A stretch of 40,588 nucleotides of DNA from the NCBI GenBank assembly GCA_964647565.1, contig CAZYIM010000027.1, forward strand, positions 1 to 40,588. The letters run 5' to 3'. Under the pieces are notes generated by a model. That model had not been told where the DNA came from. It made no database searches and saw only the letters and a program-made list of their open reading frames with translations. This document shows, piece after piece, positions 1 to 9,704 of this stretch. The position numbers were made by a program, and so were the translations under genes. Each line of letters starts with the position of its first letter. Position 1 is the first letter of the stretch. Source of the stretch: an uncultured Methanosarcinales archaeon (GTDB taxonomy: Archaea; Nanobdellota; Nanobdellia; Woesearchaeales; CAZYIM01).

Positions 1-467
1 CGTTAAGAATAATTGCTGAAAATAGCAACCTTGAAAATAGTCAAGATACCGAACTGTATCAGTTTATTGTTGGGAATCCCATTTATATTCCACCAAAATC
101 TGAGATTGAAATTTTTATCCCTTTAAAAGCATATAACGAGTTAGATAAAGATAAGCGGATCGGAGATTGGAGTGTAAAACCACAATTAAATCCAAATCAA
201 TACAACATTAAATATTTTAATAATCCTTTTACAGGAGAAATAGCTAATATAAAACCAGAATTTAGAATTCAATCACAGATAACCGGCAATTTATTAAAAT
301 TTGAAGCAAAGAAAAAAGAAGTAGTAGTTGATTCGAATACGGGAACAATGTCAGAAATTATAAAAGCCATATGGGAATTTATTAAGAACTGGATAGGCTA
401 TATTATTGCGGGAATCATTATAGTTGTGGGGGGAGGTATAATCCTTGCCAAGTTTAAGAAGAAATAA
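1..467 (+). CDS. 3' part of a hypothetical protein. Partial: start lies outside the window. C-terminal hydrophobic anchor (IIAGIIIVVGGGIILAKFKKK).
   Basis: Open frame (phase 3) runs from the window edge to TAA at 465-467. Hydrophobic C-terminus. Confidence 0.4.
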   Translation, partial: LRIIAENSNLENSQDTELYQFIVGNPIYIPPKSEIEIFIPLKAYNELDKDKRIGDWSVKPQLNPNQYNIKYFNNPFTGEIANIKPEFRIQSQITGNLLKFEAKKKEVVVDSNTGTMSEIIKAIWEFIKNWIGYIIAGIIIVVGGGIILAKFKKK

Positions 468-468
468 A

Positions 469-672
469 ATGTCAAAACAAAAGTCTCCAGCTGATTTCAA
501 TATGAAAGATTGGAAAAACTTAGGTATTTATTTAGTTCTGTTAGGATTGATGGCTATGTTTCTAATTGGAGAATGGAAAATTGGAGGTGGATTATTTCTT
601 GTTGGTTTAATTTTCACGGGAATCTTTCAGGGCCCAAAAATATTCAAAATTTTTAAGAAAAAAAACTGGTAA
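469..672 (+). CDS. Small membrane protein, two predicted TM helices.
   Basis: ORF track 445..672. ATG at 469 (MSKQKSP...). Hydrophobic stretches LGIYLVLLGLMAMFLIG / GLFLVGLIFTGIF. Confidence 0.4.
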   Translation: MSKQKSPADFNMKDWKNLGIYLVLLGLMAMFLIGEWKIGGGLFLVGLIFTGIFQGPKIFKIFKKKNW

Positions 673-792
673 ATCCGTTAAGAAATACAATTTATAATGG
701 TAGTATGCCTAATTTCCAAAGTATGAGAAAGATGATTACTGCCAAAATCAATATTTCTAATCTTGGATCTAAACCGAACCAACCTTTTTTAT

Positions 793-1701
793 TCATTTTG
801 TTATACCCCCATTCGACTTACGCCCATTTTTTCGCTTATTAACTAAGTATATTATTATGTATAAAATAACTGCTAAGACTGTTAGTAATAACGCAACATT
901 ATTACTTTTTGAAATACCAACGAAAGAAAGCAAGGCGGAAAAACCTTTTGTAACCAGTGCTAATACACTTAAATAAAAAATTAAAAGTATACTAGATCTA
1001 ATAATAACGATGGGTGATTTTAGAGATGGATTTTCTTTAAAGAAGGTTTCTTCTCCAAAGATTATTTCTCTAAGCTTATGAAATGCTAGTGAAAAAAAAT
1101 TTTCTACAATATTTTGATTTGTATCCTTTATGTTAATCTCTTCACCAAGTTGAACCTTAGTTGGTTTCTGTGTATCATCAGATGATTTTATTATTAATTC
1201 ACATTTATTGATGTATTCATCAATTATTTCAATAAGTTTAGATTTTACTGATGAAATAATGCGAGAAAGATGGGCGGGAGGAACATGAGCTTGAAAGACA
1301 GGTACATTAAAAACTTCTCTTAGTGCTTGTCCATTTACAGGATTTAGTATCCAGTATGATTCTATATGCTCTTCTATAAATGAAATTTCTTGGCCAACAG
1401 GATATTTTTGTGCGTCTTTTTTGATTTTTTGGTCTTCAATAATTATTGGTCTTTTATACTCATCGTAAAATTGACAATATGTTATTCTATATTCAGGAAG
1501 ATTTTTTTCTAATTCACCAACAGTTTTAAATTTATGATAACCATTTAATTCCAAATCTATCCATTCAAAATTTACTGAATCGTTTAATGATTTTGCAATG
1601 GATCTTACTGTTAGCAATGCTGAACTAATTTTAATCTCATCCTTAATAAGGTCGTCTTTAGTTTGAATTAACTGTTGTATGATTCTAGGATAATTCACCA
1701 T
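793..1701 (-). CDS. Hypothetical protein with a soluble N-terminal domain and two C-terminal TM helices.
   Basis: 302-aa ORF. C-terminal ILLIFYLSVLALV... and VALLLTVLAVILYIIIYLV hydrophobic helices. No motif recognised with confidence. Confidence 0.55.
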   Translation of the reverse strand: MVNYPRIIQQLIQTKDDLIKDEIKISSALLTVRSIAKSLNDSVNFEWIDLELNGYHKFKTVGELEKNLPEYRITYCQFYDEYKRPIIIEDQKIKKDAQKYPVGQEISFIEEHIESYWILNPVNGQALREVFNVPVFQAHVPPAHLSRIISSVKSKLIEIIDEYINKCELIIKSSDDTQKPTKVQLGEEINIKDTNQNIVENFFSLAFHKLREIIFGEETFFKENPSLKSPIVIIRSSILLIFYLSVLALVTKGFSALLSFVGISKSNNVALLLTVLAVILYIIIYLVNKRKNGRKSNGGITK

Positions 1702-1911
1702 TATTAAAGAAATAGTATAATCATATTTAAAAAACTTTTCTTGGTTTCCTTAAAAATAGGTTTAATATCAAATCAATTCACTTCAAGTTCTTTTTACCGC
1801 AATCTTTATAAACTCCAAAGCCCAACTCTAAAACAAAACCAATAAGAAACAGCATGGCGTTCTACCCAACGTTTATCGTCGGGCCGTGGCGTTTTTCCCT
1901 TCTCCCACCCA

Positions 1912-3495
1912 TCAACCAACAACATCATGCATCCGATACCGATTGTTCTCCAGCTTGTACTTCCGTAGTTTGCCTATCATTCCGGTTCTTGCCTTAGTTT
2001 TCTCTGGTTCGTTCCAGGGATAGATTATCCCGTGGATCACTTTCCCATTCATCTGTATAATTTTTCTCGGAAGGTTCGTAATCTTAATCCCATACTTGCC
2101 TGGGTTTATCTGCATGTCAGACCCTTTGACAACCTGCAGTTTCCCAAAGCCTATCCTATCGATAAAGTCTTGATTGTTTTCTAAGAAATCAAGTGTTTCC
2201 TGCAATTCACTTTCACTTTCAGTAGGCAGGTTGTATATTATCAAAAGATAGTTCTTTATACCTTGTAAATATGCTCGTTTCAACACATCCTTCATAACTT
2301 CCACTTTAGTGCCTTTCTTAATTAAATCAAGCAGTCTTTGATTAAAACACTCTGCTCCCCAGTATATTGCCTTGCAGCCTGCTTTGGCCATCTTCATTAA
2401 AATCTCATCTGTAAACGTCTCAATTGGCTTTGAATAGCAGGAGAACTTAATATCCATGTTTTCAACAACCAACCTTTCACTCAATTTCTCAAGCAGCGGA
2501 GGCACCATATATTCATCTACAAATGAAAAGCTTTCAATCCCATATTTCCTCTTATAATATTTGAGCTCTTCAATAAACCTATCCAGGGATTTCCTGCGAA
2601 AGGCCATATATGAACGGTGATGTGTGCAAAACGCACATTTCCTCCAATGGCAGCCTCTTGTTGAGAGCACTGCTAAGATCGGCACAGGATTAAGATACTG
2701 TTTAAAATCAAAATCATCAAGATCTGGAAAAGGAAGATTATCAATATCAGGAACACAATTCGTCTCATTAAATACTAACTCCTTTTGTTTCATATATGCT
2801 AAATTGGGCACAGAGTCTATATTTTTACCTTGCTCAATTGCATCCATCAGTCCAAGCAGGGCAAGCTCTCCTTCACCAACTATCAGATAATCAACAAAGT
2901 CAAGAGTCTCTAAAATCTCCTTATGATCATAATGTGTCATTTGTGCCCCGCCCAAAACAATAGTCTTGTTATGGTGTTTTTTAAGATATTTAGCAAGGGC
3001 GAATGTATAATGGAACTGCAATGAAGAGAACATGGAGAATCCAACTATATCACAATCAACTTCCAAGATCCGTTTGATATCATTTTTTAAGAATAATTCA
3101 ACAATCTCTTCTTCATACATATCCTTCTCAATATATTTGATGAATGCATGGCTGACTATCTTGATCATTGACATAGACAGTTCATTTACCCTGATATTGT
3201 ATTCATTGATAAGCTTAGGATTTTCTTTTACAAGGGTCATACTCTTGAAGTATCTTTTAGCATCCTTAACAAATTCAGGATTTTCCAGCTTGGGATCATC
3301 AGGGTAATCCGCAGGAATCTTCTTCTTGATCAGATCTATATCCATTTCAGGAAGCCGATTATAAAAATCAATATTCAGATCTATACACCTGACCTTGTAA
3401 TCAGAACTCTTTTCAACATAGGCCTTTAAGTACGCTATACCTATTGGCATATAGGTGGGCACACCTATAGGTGAAAATACCAGACATGCTTTCAT
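1912..3495 (-). CDS. B12-binding-domain / radical SAM domain protein (class-B-like radical SAM enzyme).
   Basis: 527 aa. N-terminal Rossmann-like B12-type region (KACLVFSP...) followed by Cys triad RGCHWRKCAFCTHH (spacing C-x4-C-x2-C) and a radical-SAM core. Confidence 0.7.
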   Translation of the reverse strand: MKACLVFSPIGVPTYMPIGIAYLKAYVEKSSDYKVRCIDLNIDFYNRLPEMDIDLIKKKIPADYPDDPKLENPEFVKDAKRYFKSMTLVKENPKLINEYNIRVNELSMSMIKIVSHAFIKYIEKDMYEEEIVELFLKNDIKRILEVDCDIVGFSMFSSLQFHYTFALAKYLKKHHNKTIVLGGAQMTHYDHKEILETLDFVDYLIVGEGELALLGLMDAIEQGKNIDSVPNLAYMKQKELVFNETNCVPDIDNLPFPDLDDFDFKQYLNPVPILAVLSTRGCHWRKCAFCTHHRSYMAFRRKSLDRFIEELKYYKRKYGIESFSFVDEYMVPPLLEKLSERLVVENMDIKFSCYSKPIETFTDEILMKMAKAGCKAIYWGAECFNQRLLDLIKKGTKVEVMKDVLKRAYLQGIKNYLLIIYNLPTESESELQETLDFLENNQDFIDRIGFGKLQVVKGSDMQINPGKYGIKITNLPRKIIQMNGKVIHGIIYPWNEPEKTKARTGMIGKLRKYKLENNRYRMHDVVG

Positions 3496-3610
3496 TTCAT
3501 CCCCGATTCAAGAAGATTTATACAAGCTTAAAAAGTTTATTGTTTAACATAAGTTATTAAAAATAGAAAAATTAATAAACTAGTAAGTCATACCTTACTT
3601 TGGTGATATC

Positions 3611-3877
3611 ATGGAATTTGCTATAGCTAAAGTAAGTACAAAAGGTCAGATAGTAATCCCTAGTTCTTTAAGAGGGGACATACATAGCGGAGACGAATTC
3701 TTAATCGTCAAGGATAATGGAAGAATGATCCTGAAAAACATGAAAAAAGTAGCTAAGGATTTAAAAGAAGATCTTGCCTTTGCAGAGAGGATTGAAAAAG
3801 CCTGGAAAGAACACGATAAAGGTAAGTTTATTACCAAATCCAAGAATGATTTCTTAAAGGAATTAAGAACATGTTAA
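3611..3877 (+). CDS. AbrB/MazE/SpoVT-family antitoxin (swapped-hairpin DNA-binding domain).
   Basis: N-terminal KVSTKGQIVIPSSLR motif typical of AbrB-type looped-hinge domain. Overlaps the downstream toxin gene by 7 nt. Confidence 0.65.
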   Translation: MEFAIAKVSTKGQIVIPSSLRGDIHSGDEFLIVKDNGRMILKNMKKVAKDLKEDLAFAERIEKAWKEHDKGKFITKSKNDFLKELRTC

Positions 3878-4119
3878 CCATTGATTATCACCCTAATTTT
3901 CTAAAGATAATTAGTAAGATTAAAGACTTGACAACCAAAGAGAAAATCAAGAAACAAGTCGAAAAAATAATAGAAGATCCAGAAATTGGCAAACCAATGA
4001 AATATGATCGCAAGGGAACAAGGGAGCTGTATGTTGCACCTTATAGGTTAGCCTATGTATTTATTGCCTCAGAAAATAAAATAATCTTTCTAGACATCTA
4101 TCATAAAGATAATCAGTAG
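3871..4119 (+). CDS. RelE/ParE-family type II toxin.
   Basis: 82 aa. GKPMKYDRKGTRELYVAPYRLAYVF...IIFLDIYHK matches the RelE/ParE core. Operonic with the upstream antitoxin. Confidence 0.7.
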   Translation: MLTIDYHPNFLKIISKIKDLTTKEKIKKQVEKIIEDPEIGKPMKYDRKGTRELYVAPYRLAYVFIASENKIIFLDIYHKDNQ

Positions 4120-4190
4120 TGCCTGTTTTTAGCCTATATTTATAAATAAATTCAACTTCCCTATTCTATTATAGTAACAGTTGATGAAAT

Positions 4191-5090
4191 ATGAATCCAA
4201 TAGCATTTTTCGGGCGGATGCGCTGGGCTTACAATAACTGGACTGAAACCCTTGAAGAATTGATCCAACCACTACCAAAAGACCTTGCAAAGTCTTTTAG
4301 GCAGTTGCACACCAGAAGAAAGGGCCTGTCAGTTTCAGGATTAGGAACCTTGCTTTTCGGCGAGATGTTCAACCTAAATACAGATCCTATTGTATCTAAT
4401 GTAACCGCTGCAATAAACTTCGGATCTGGCTATCTGGATGATTATATAGATTTACACGATCCAGATCCTTCTTTTACAGAGACAATGCTGGATGATCTTT
4501 TGCACTTCTCAGAGACTGGAACCAATGATAATGAATTCCTGACAAGAATCGCACCAATAGTCCAATATATACGGGAACAATTTGACACAAAAATCAACGA
4601 TGGCATCCTGGACGCCTTCAAGTATTACAAGGACGCATCAGTAGCAGAGATGAAAGCCAACACTCCAGATGATCGCGAATCTGCAAGGATCAAGATTGCA
4701 GACGGCTACTCAATGATGCTTTCCCACACATTGAATGCCTTCTCAGAGAATCAACTAACTCCAAACCAATGGCAGGCAATAAAGCTTTTTACCAGGAGCT
4801 CTGTTTTGCTTGATGACCTTTGCGACATGTATCCTGATGCTGATTCCAAAGCAGGTTCATATGTCATGGACAGGATAAAACAGTCAGGAAGCACTATTAA
4901 AGTCATTTATGACCAAGCCAGGAAGATACAAACAAATTTCAAGGAAGGAAAAAAATTAATACAGAATTATGATGATAAGAGGCTTTACCAGGATATGGCG
5001 AATTCAGCCAACATAGCAGTATCTTACAGGTTCTTTACCAACTATTGCAAGCGTATACTCGGCAAGAGTTGGGAAAAGATCGGTTATTAG
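4191..5090 (+). CDS. Uncharacterised protein with two Asp-rich motifs (YLDDYIDLHD; LLDDLCDMYPDADS). Possibly isoprenoid-synthase-fold-like. Paralog of the next gene.
   Basis: 299 aa. Motif 1 DD at about residue 83 and motif 2 DD at about residue 208, spacing about 125 aa. Clear paralogy with 5130..5993. Confidence 0.6.
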   Translation: MNPIAFFGRMRWAYNNWTETLEELIQPLPKDLAKSFRQLHTRRKGLSVSGLGTLLFGEMFNLNTDPIVSNVTAAINFGSGYLDDYIDLHDPDPSFTETMLDDLLHFSETGTNDNEFLTRIAPIVQYIREQFDTKINDGILDAFKYYKDASVAEMKANTPDDRESARIKIADGYSMMLSHTLNAFSENQLTPNQWQAIKLFTRSSVLLDDLCDMYPDADSKAGSYVMDRIKQSGSTIKVIYDQARKIQTNFKEGKKLIQNYDDKRLYQDMANSANIAVSYRFFTNYCKRILGKSWEKIGY

Positions 5091-5129
5091 CCCAAACCAT
5101 TAAATATATACCTAAATTCCCTAATCAAG

Positions 5130-5993
5130 ATGCAACCAATAACTGTTTTTAAGGACCTGAAAAAACTAGGCAATGACTGGAACAAGACTCTTGAAAAGAT
5201 TATCTCTTCTGCGCCTGAAAAAGACAAGCAGGCATTTCGCGCTTATAATGAGAAGAGGAAACACACCAGGTATACTGGATTTGATGTGCAGCAATTTGCA
5301 AAGATGTTTCAGCTGGGCACATATGAAGCTGGGCCCATGGCAATGACCGCTCTCTTCTTTACAGGCATCTATCTGGATGATTATTATGATGAACACCCGG
5401 ACACTCAAGATATCGGTCCAGTCATTCTTGAGGATTTTGATAATTTCTGCAAGACTGGCAATGCATCCACAGATATAGTAAAATCCACAAGACCTTTTGT
5501 CGATTACATCAGGGACACCTTTGGCAAGAAATATGATGCTTTTATCCCGCTTATCAAGAAATCAATAGATATCTCTGCAATGGAATTCAAAAATCTAACG
5601 CCTGACCAAAGAGAAGAAGTCAGATACAAAATGGGTGAAACATTCGGCGAGGTCATGGCCTTTACCCTGGATGCAACTTCAAATGCATCTTTACAACCCT
5701 ATCAACATTCAGTTATAGAGAAGATTGGCACGGCACTGATGCTTCTGGATGATATCGCAGACGTACATCAGGATGCATGTTCTGGTGTTTCTTATCTCAT
5801 ACACAGGCAGTCCAGCCTTGATGTAATATTGTGGAACCAGCTCAAGAAAGTGAGAAAACTTTGCAGCGATGGTTATTCGCTATTGAACACCAAACATGAA
5901 AAGAATGTGTACAAGAACCTGGTTGATACTACAGCCCTGGTTTATGTTCATGCCTTTCTGAAGAACCAGATAAAGTACACCTTCAGGAGTTAG
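5130..5993 (+). CDS. Paralog of 4191..5090 with the same two Asp-rich motifs (IYLDDYYDEHPD; LLDDIADVHQDACSG).
   Basis: 287 aa. Co-linear similarity to the upstream gene (shared W-N-x-TLE N-terminal motif, both DD motifs conserved). Confidence 0.6.
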   Translation: MQPITVFKDLKKLGNDWNKTLEKIISSAPEKDKQAFRAYNEKRKHTRYTGFDVQQFAKMFQLGTYEAGPMAMTALFFTGIYLDDYYDEHPDTQDIGPVILEDFDNFCKTGNASTDIVKSTRPFVDYIRDTFGKKYDAFIPLIKKSIDISAMEFKNLTPDQREEVRYKMGETFGEVMAFTLDATSNASLQPYQHSVIEKIGTALMLLDDIADVHQDACSGVSYLIHRQSSLDVILWNQLKKVRKLCSDGYSLLNTKHEKNVYKNLVDTTALVYVHAFLKNQIKYTFRS

Positions 5994-6733
5994 ACTTTCC
6001 TGCAGACATAGAAAACAGGAGATAGTTTTTTTGTATCATCCTTCTCAATGATATGCTGCTGCCTCATTTCTAAAATCTCAAAGCCAGCAAGGCCGATCAG
6101 CTCCTTTACTTCAGCAATAGTGGGGATGTGGATATATTGCTTCTGTTTATACACATGACCACCTGTCTCCCGATCAAAGAACCTGTCGCCAAACTCAATC
6201 TCATCTATTTTGAAACCGAACGGCTTCAATATAAACATCTTTATCCATTCCCTGACCCAAAGCCAGAAATACCCCTTCCTGATATGCGCTGTAAAGATAA
6301 AGATGCCATCTTTCTTCAGCACCCTATTAACCTCAATCAAAGCCTTCAACCTATTATCACTTCCAGGAATCTGGGACCAGCCATTATTAGAGAACAATGC
6401 AAAATCAAAACTATTTTCATCATACCTAAGATCAGTAGCATCGCCAACAACATAATCTATCTTTAATTTTTTAGTCTTAGCAATCCTTTTAGCACTCTTG
6501 ATCATATTAGGCGTCAAGTCCAGGCCAACAACCTTATATCCCATCTTAAAGAGCGGCATTGTGGTCCTGCCAGTGCCGCAGCCAATATCAAGCACAGAAC
6601 CTTTTTTCTTGAAATACTTCCTAACCGAGATATCTTCAGCCTTCCAAAAACCCTCTTTCGCCTTCTGGGAATAAAACTCCTGTGTCAACTCAGTGCCAAA
6701 CTCGTCGATAACATGTTTCTTAAGATCCTTCAT
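5990..6733 (-). CDS. Class I SAM-dependent methyltransferase.
   Basis: 247 aa. Motif I VLDIGCGTGRTT, then acidic motif II (VVGLDL). Convergent with the paralog pair, 4-nt overlap. Confidence 0.75.
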   Translation of the reverse strand: MKDLKKHVIDEFGTELTQEFYSQKAKEGFWKAEDISVRKYFKKKGSVLDIGCGTGRTTMPLFKMGYKVVGLDLTPNMIKSAKRIAKTKKLKIDYVVGDATDLRYDENSFDFALFSNNGWSQIPGSDNRLKALIEVNRVLKKDGIFIFTAHIRKGYFWLWVREWIKMFILKPFGFKIDEIEFGDRFFDRETGGHVYKQKQYIHIPTIAEVKELIGLAGFEILEMRQQHIIEKDDTKKLSPVFYVCRKV

Positions 6734-6786
6734 ATAGGTGATGATAAAGAGAAATATTTATAAATATTTTCTATCTCTCCTCGAAT

Positions 6787-7452
6787 TTGGTGGTGGTTAT
6801 GGACGTTTGTTTTAATAAGTTTAAAAAAGGAGTTGATATCAAGGCAATACTTGATATTAGCCTTATCGAGGACATAAAGCCAGGCATGCTTCCAGGCTAC
6901 TTCTTTCCAAAGCTGATCAAGATGGGCCATCTTAAGATAGATCCGTATTATCCTGATCAGCAGGGTAATATCTGCTACTACCTGCATTTCAACAATGTTT
7001 CCAGGCGACTCAAGAGAAGAGGCTGCAGGATCGATCTCAACTCAGAGGAGTCTGTGGAGGCTGCCTATAAAAAAGCCAAGACAGCAGAGTTCTTAACCAT
7101 AAAACCTGGAGAGAGCATCATTGCCCAGACCTATGAGAAGCTGGGCCTGTCCAACTGGCTGGCAGCCAAGATGGAGAACACAACCACGCTTGGAAGGATA
7201 TTCCTCAATCATGCATCACATGGATATATGCATCCGGGCCATGGATATAAAGAACCAGCCCAGTTGATGATAGAACTGACCAATCTTGGAAAGCGGACTG
7301 CTGTACTGCAGCCTGCTGTTGAAGAAGGCGGACAGATATACGGTTCCCAGGCTTTCAGGTTCTATATAGAAAAGCTTCCATATCCTGCAGTACCTTACAC
7401 CCACGGAAGCAAGAATGCAAGATTAAAGATGAATGAAAGCGACAAAAGCTAG
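6787..7452 (+). CDS. Hypothetical protein.
   Basis: 221-aa ORF with coding-like composition. No recognised motif. Probable true start at MDVCFNKF (6799). Confidence 0.5.
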   Translation: MVVVMDVCFNKFKKGVDIKAILDISLIEDIKPGMLPGYFFPKLIKMGHLKIDPYYPDQQGNICYYLHFNNVSRRLKRRGCRIDLNSEESVEAAYKKAKTAEFLTIKPGESIIAQTYEKLGLSNWLAAKMENTTTLGRIFLNHASHGYMHPGHGYKEPAQLMIELTNLGKRTAVLQPAVEEGGQIYGSQAFRFYIEKLPYPAVPYTHGSKNARLKMNESDKS

Positions 7453-8105
7453 ATCTTGTACGCCAGTGTAGAAGGACTTATTCTTCCAACACAAGGACCG
7501 TCTTTTACTTCAAAGCCAGCCCTGACCAAATTGATCCTTATCGGTGTTGCGCAAGAATAGGTTGATAGCACACCTCCAGTCTTGACGACCTTTGAGATCT
7601 GCTTCATGAACTCCTCACTCCACATATGCGGAGTCCTTGAATATGAGAAAGGATCTAAAAACACAACATCAAACTCGCCGTCAAGCATATCCACTGTCTT
7701 CTTTGCATCACCAAGCAGCAATTTGATAGTCACATTGTTCCACTTGGCAGAGAGATCACCCTTTGCCATGCCTTTTATCAATGGATAGCTCCAGAATTTT
7801 GGATTCACTTCCTTTATCTTCTCAATGATATGAGGATCCAGCTCAAGGGCCATGACATCTATCTCACACTCTTTATTAGTTTTCAGAGCCAGATCAAGGG
7901 CTGCAGCAGTGTTATAGCCAATGCCAAAACATATATCCAGAATCCTGATCTTGCCTTTCTTTGCAAGCTTTTTGATTTCAGTCGGCTCTGCATATTTCTT
8001 TATGGCCTCTTCCTCTGCTCCGGTCAATGAATGATAGCACTCTTTTACCTTTTCGTTGAAATAAGTGTACGAGCCGTCCTTGGTCTTGGTCTTCTTGAGC
8101 TTCAT
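7449..8105 (-). CDS. MnmC-like (DUF752) SAM-dependent methyltransferase domain protein.
   Basis: 218 aa. ILDICFGIGYN and DVVFLDPFSYSRTPHMWSEEF...GGVLSTYSCATPIRINLVRAGFEV align with the methyltransferase domain of MnmC (WFLDGFAPAKNPDMWTQ...[22 protein letters not shown]). Confidence 0.75.
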   Translation of the reverse strand: MKLKKTKTKDGSYTYFNEKVKECYHSLTGAEEEAIKKYAEPTEIKKLAKKGKIRILDICFGIGYNTAAALDLALKTNKECEIDVMALELDPHIIEKIKEVNPKFWSYPLIKGMAKGDLSAKWNNVTIKLLLGDAKKTVDMLDGEFDVVFLDPFSYSRTPHMWSEEFMKQISKVVKTGGVLSTYSCATPIRINLVRAGFEVKDGPCVGRISPSTLAYKI

Positions 8106-9205
8106 TCTACTATTTTGGAATCCATAAGGTATTTATATATTTTTTCTGCAGCAAGCCTATGAGCCTTTTGATTTGAATGTACAATGTCCAGATAATCATA
8201 CTTCAATGACATATAATGATACTCTTTATATACATCCAGGATGTCTAAGGAAAAAAAGTCATTTTCCTCTGCTTCATTCAACACCTGTTCATGCACCTCT
8301 GTTAAGGGATAGTCATCATAATCAAGCACCAATGGAAAGATGATCACCAAAACATCGAAATCATTCTTTTCAGACAACTCCCTCAATTCACTAAAAGAAT
8401 CCTCTATCCGCTTCCATGAGCAGCTGTTGCTATGCATCTGCTGTGCTTTTTCAACTCCGTCAACTACCCTAAGGCCTGTTTCGTATTGTATATTGCTAAA
8501 AGTCCTTACTGTCTTCAACCTGCCTATATCATGACCTAATCCGCACAGGAATGAGCTCTTATAGCTGATATGCCTTTCCCTCGCATCAAACTCTTTTTGT
8601 GTGTGCAAATGCCGATAAGGTGTGTCTGTCATGATCGGATCGTTCAATGTATACTGCAGTATTACAAGGTCAGGATCATATTTCAATCCCTTCTCCTTTA
8701 GCAGTTCTATCTCCTGCATGGTGCCATATCCGTCCAGGCCAAAGCTTATGATCTCCACTGCATTGTCAGCCAACTGCCTTTCCAGAACACTATGATAGCA
8801 TTCATCCAATTTAAAGCTTCCTCCGCACATCGAGACAGAATCACCAAGGACAATCACCCGAAAAACACCATCTTCTTTTTCCACTTCATACTCTGTATCC
8901 CTCAATCCATCGTTATTGAACTTGTTGGTGATATTTGCAGAAGTTGTATACTCATAATTTGGCATCCCTTCATAGCCAAGTATGATGTTATTGCTCTTTA
9001 ATATAAATGAATCTTTGTTTCTTGGTGCGAGAGCGAATTTTTCTTCTTCCAAAGGTACAATATACCTAAACACTATAAGTTCAGAAATCAGGAACATCAA
9101 AACTATGACTTCAACTAATAACAGGATTTTTTTATGAGTCTTTCTCTTCTTATTTTTTCTTTTTGAGCCGGCCATAGTAGAATGTGGTTCCAGATAACAA
9201 TCCAT
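8102..9205 (-). CDS. SGNH/GDSL-family hydrolase with N-terminal membrane anchor.
   Basis: 367 aa. Basic N-terminus plus TM helix. VIVLGDSVS (GDS block), DGYGT and LNDP blocks. Likely true start MAGSKRK (9175). Confidence 0.55.
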   Translation of the reverse strand: MDCYLEPHSTMAGSKRKNKKRKTHKKILLLVEVIVLMFLISELIVFRYIVPLEEEKFALAPRNKDSFILKSNNIILGYEGMPNYEYTTSANITNKFNNDGLRDTEYEVEKEDGVFRVIVLGDSVSMCGGSFKLDECYHSVLERQLADNAVEIISFGLDGYGTMQEIELLKEKGLKYDPDLVILQYTLNDPIMTDTPYRHLHTQKEFDARERHISYKSSFLCGLGHDIGRLKTVRTFSNIQYETGLRVVDGVEKAQQMHSNSCSWKRIEDSFSELRELSEKNDFDVLVIIFPLVLDYDDYPLTEVHEQVLNEAEENDFFSLDILDVYKEYHYMSLKYDYLDIVHSNQKAHRLAAEKIYKYLMDSKIVE

Positions 9206-9596
9206 ATGTAAAGCAAAGGACAGCGATTATGAATAAGTGCTCAGTCGCAAGATAACTGGTCAATAAGATGACAGGCAGCAAAGGATAGGTGAACCTGTCA
9301 ATATCCCTGGCAAACTTGAGCAGTATCAGCAATAGGATGATGGAAAGGATTCCCCAATAGCCTACTAGATAATATAGCAAGAGAGCAACAATAAGAGAAA
9401 ACAATAGCTTCTTTGCAAACAGGAAATACTTCCTTCCGTCTGCCAATTCTTCTTTTGTGAACCTGGCAATTATAGCACCCACAACAGGGCCAAGAGAAAC
9501 AACAACCACAACCAATATGAAAGTCAGTAACGGGCTCATCAAGAATTGTGAAAACAAGGCCTTTATATTTCTTACGATTACGGCAGATAGAGTCAA
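9150..9596 (-). CDS. Small polytopic membrane protein, about 4 TM helices.
   Basis: 148 aa, almost entirely hydrophobic helices. TTG start in the track, so the true start is uncertain. Confidence 0.5.
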   Translation of the reverse strand: MTLSAVIVRNIKALFSQFLMSPLLTFILVVVVVSLGPVVGAIIARFTKEELADGRKYFLFAKKLLFSLIVALLLYYLVGYWGILSIILLLILLKFARDIDRFTYPLLPVILLTSYLATEHLFIIAVLCFTYGLLSGTTFYYGRLKKKK

Positions 9597-9704
9597 GTTA
9601 GAATGTCAGATATCCAGCCATACATGGCAGCAGACGGCCTTCGGCCTGCGAGGCACCCCATAGGGTTTCCCCCGCCTCGCCTGCGCCATGTCTGGATATT
9701 ACAC
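9590..9704. other. GC-rich, highly structured 115-bp element, flanked by an 11-bp direct repeat TACGGCAGATA. Candidate small ncRNA, cis-regulatory leader or miniature inserted element.
   Basis: Intergenic between two minus-strand genes. Closing stem ATATCCAG(CCAT)ACATGG at 9610-9627 pairs with CCATGTCTGGATAT at 9686-9699. Internal hairpin GGCC-TTC-GGCC; stem GCGAGGC/GCCTCGC; CCC-ATA-GGG. The 11-mer repeat is at 9579-9589 and 9705-9715. Local GC is far above the surroundings. Confidence 0.4.

Noticed and set aside
2624-3307. Plus-strand ORFs 2624..2890 and 3032..3307 inside the radical SAM gene.
   Set aside because: Antisense to a long, well-supported CDS with a recognisable domain. Low-complexity translations. 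Treated as spurious. The same applies to other antisense ORFs in the track (e.g. 5166..5408, 6128..6466, 10207..10537, 10935..11406, 16245..16683, 20618..21425, 21741..22754, 23000..23845, 30076..31904, 32771..33392, 33915..34400, 34763..36101, 36872..37249, 37903..38495, 38579..38842).
9597-9703. Tested whether the GC-rich element is a tRNA, on either strand.
   Set aside because: No T-loop (GTTCRANYC-like) sequence, no 7-bp acceptor stem with a 3' discriminator in the right register. The GGCC-TTC-GGCC tetraloop-like hairpin does not fit a T-arm. Not called as tRNA.
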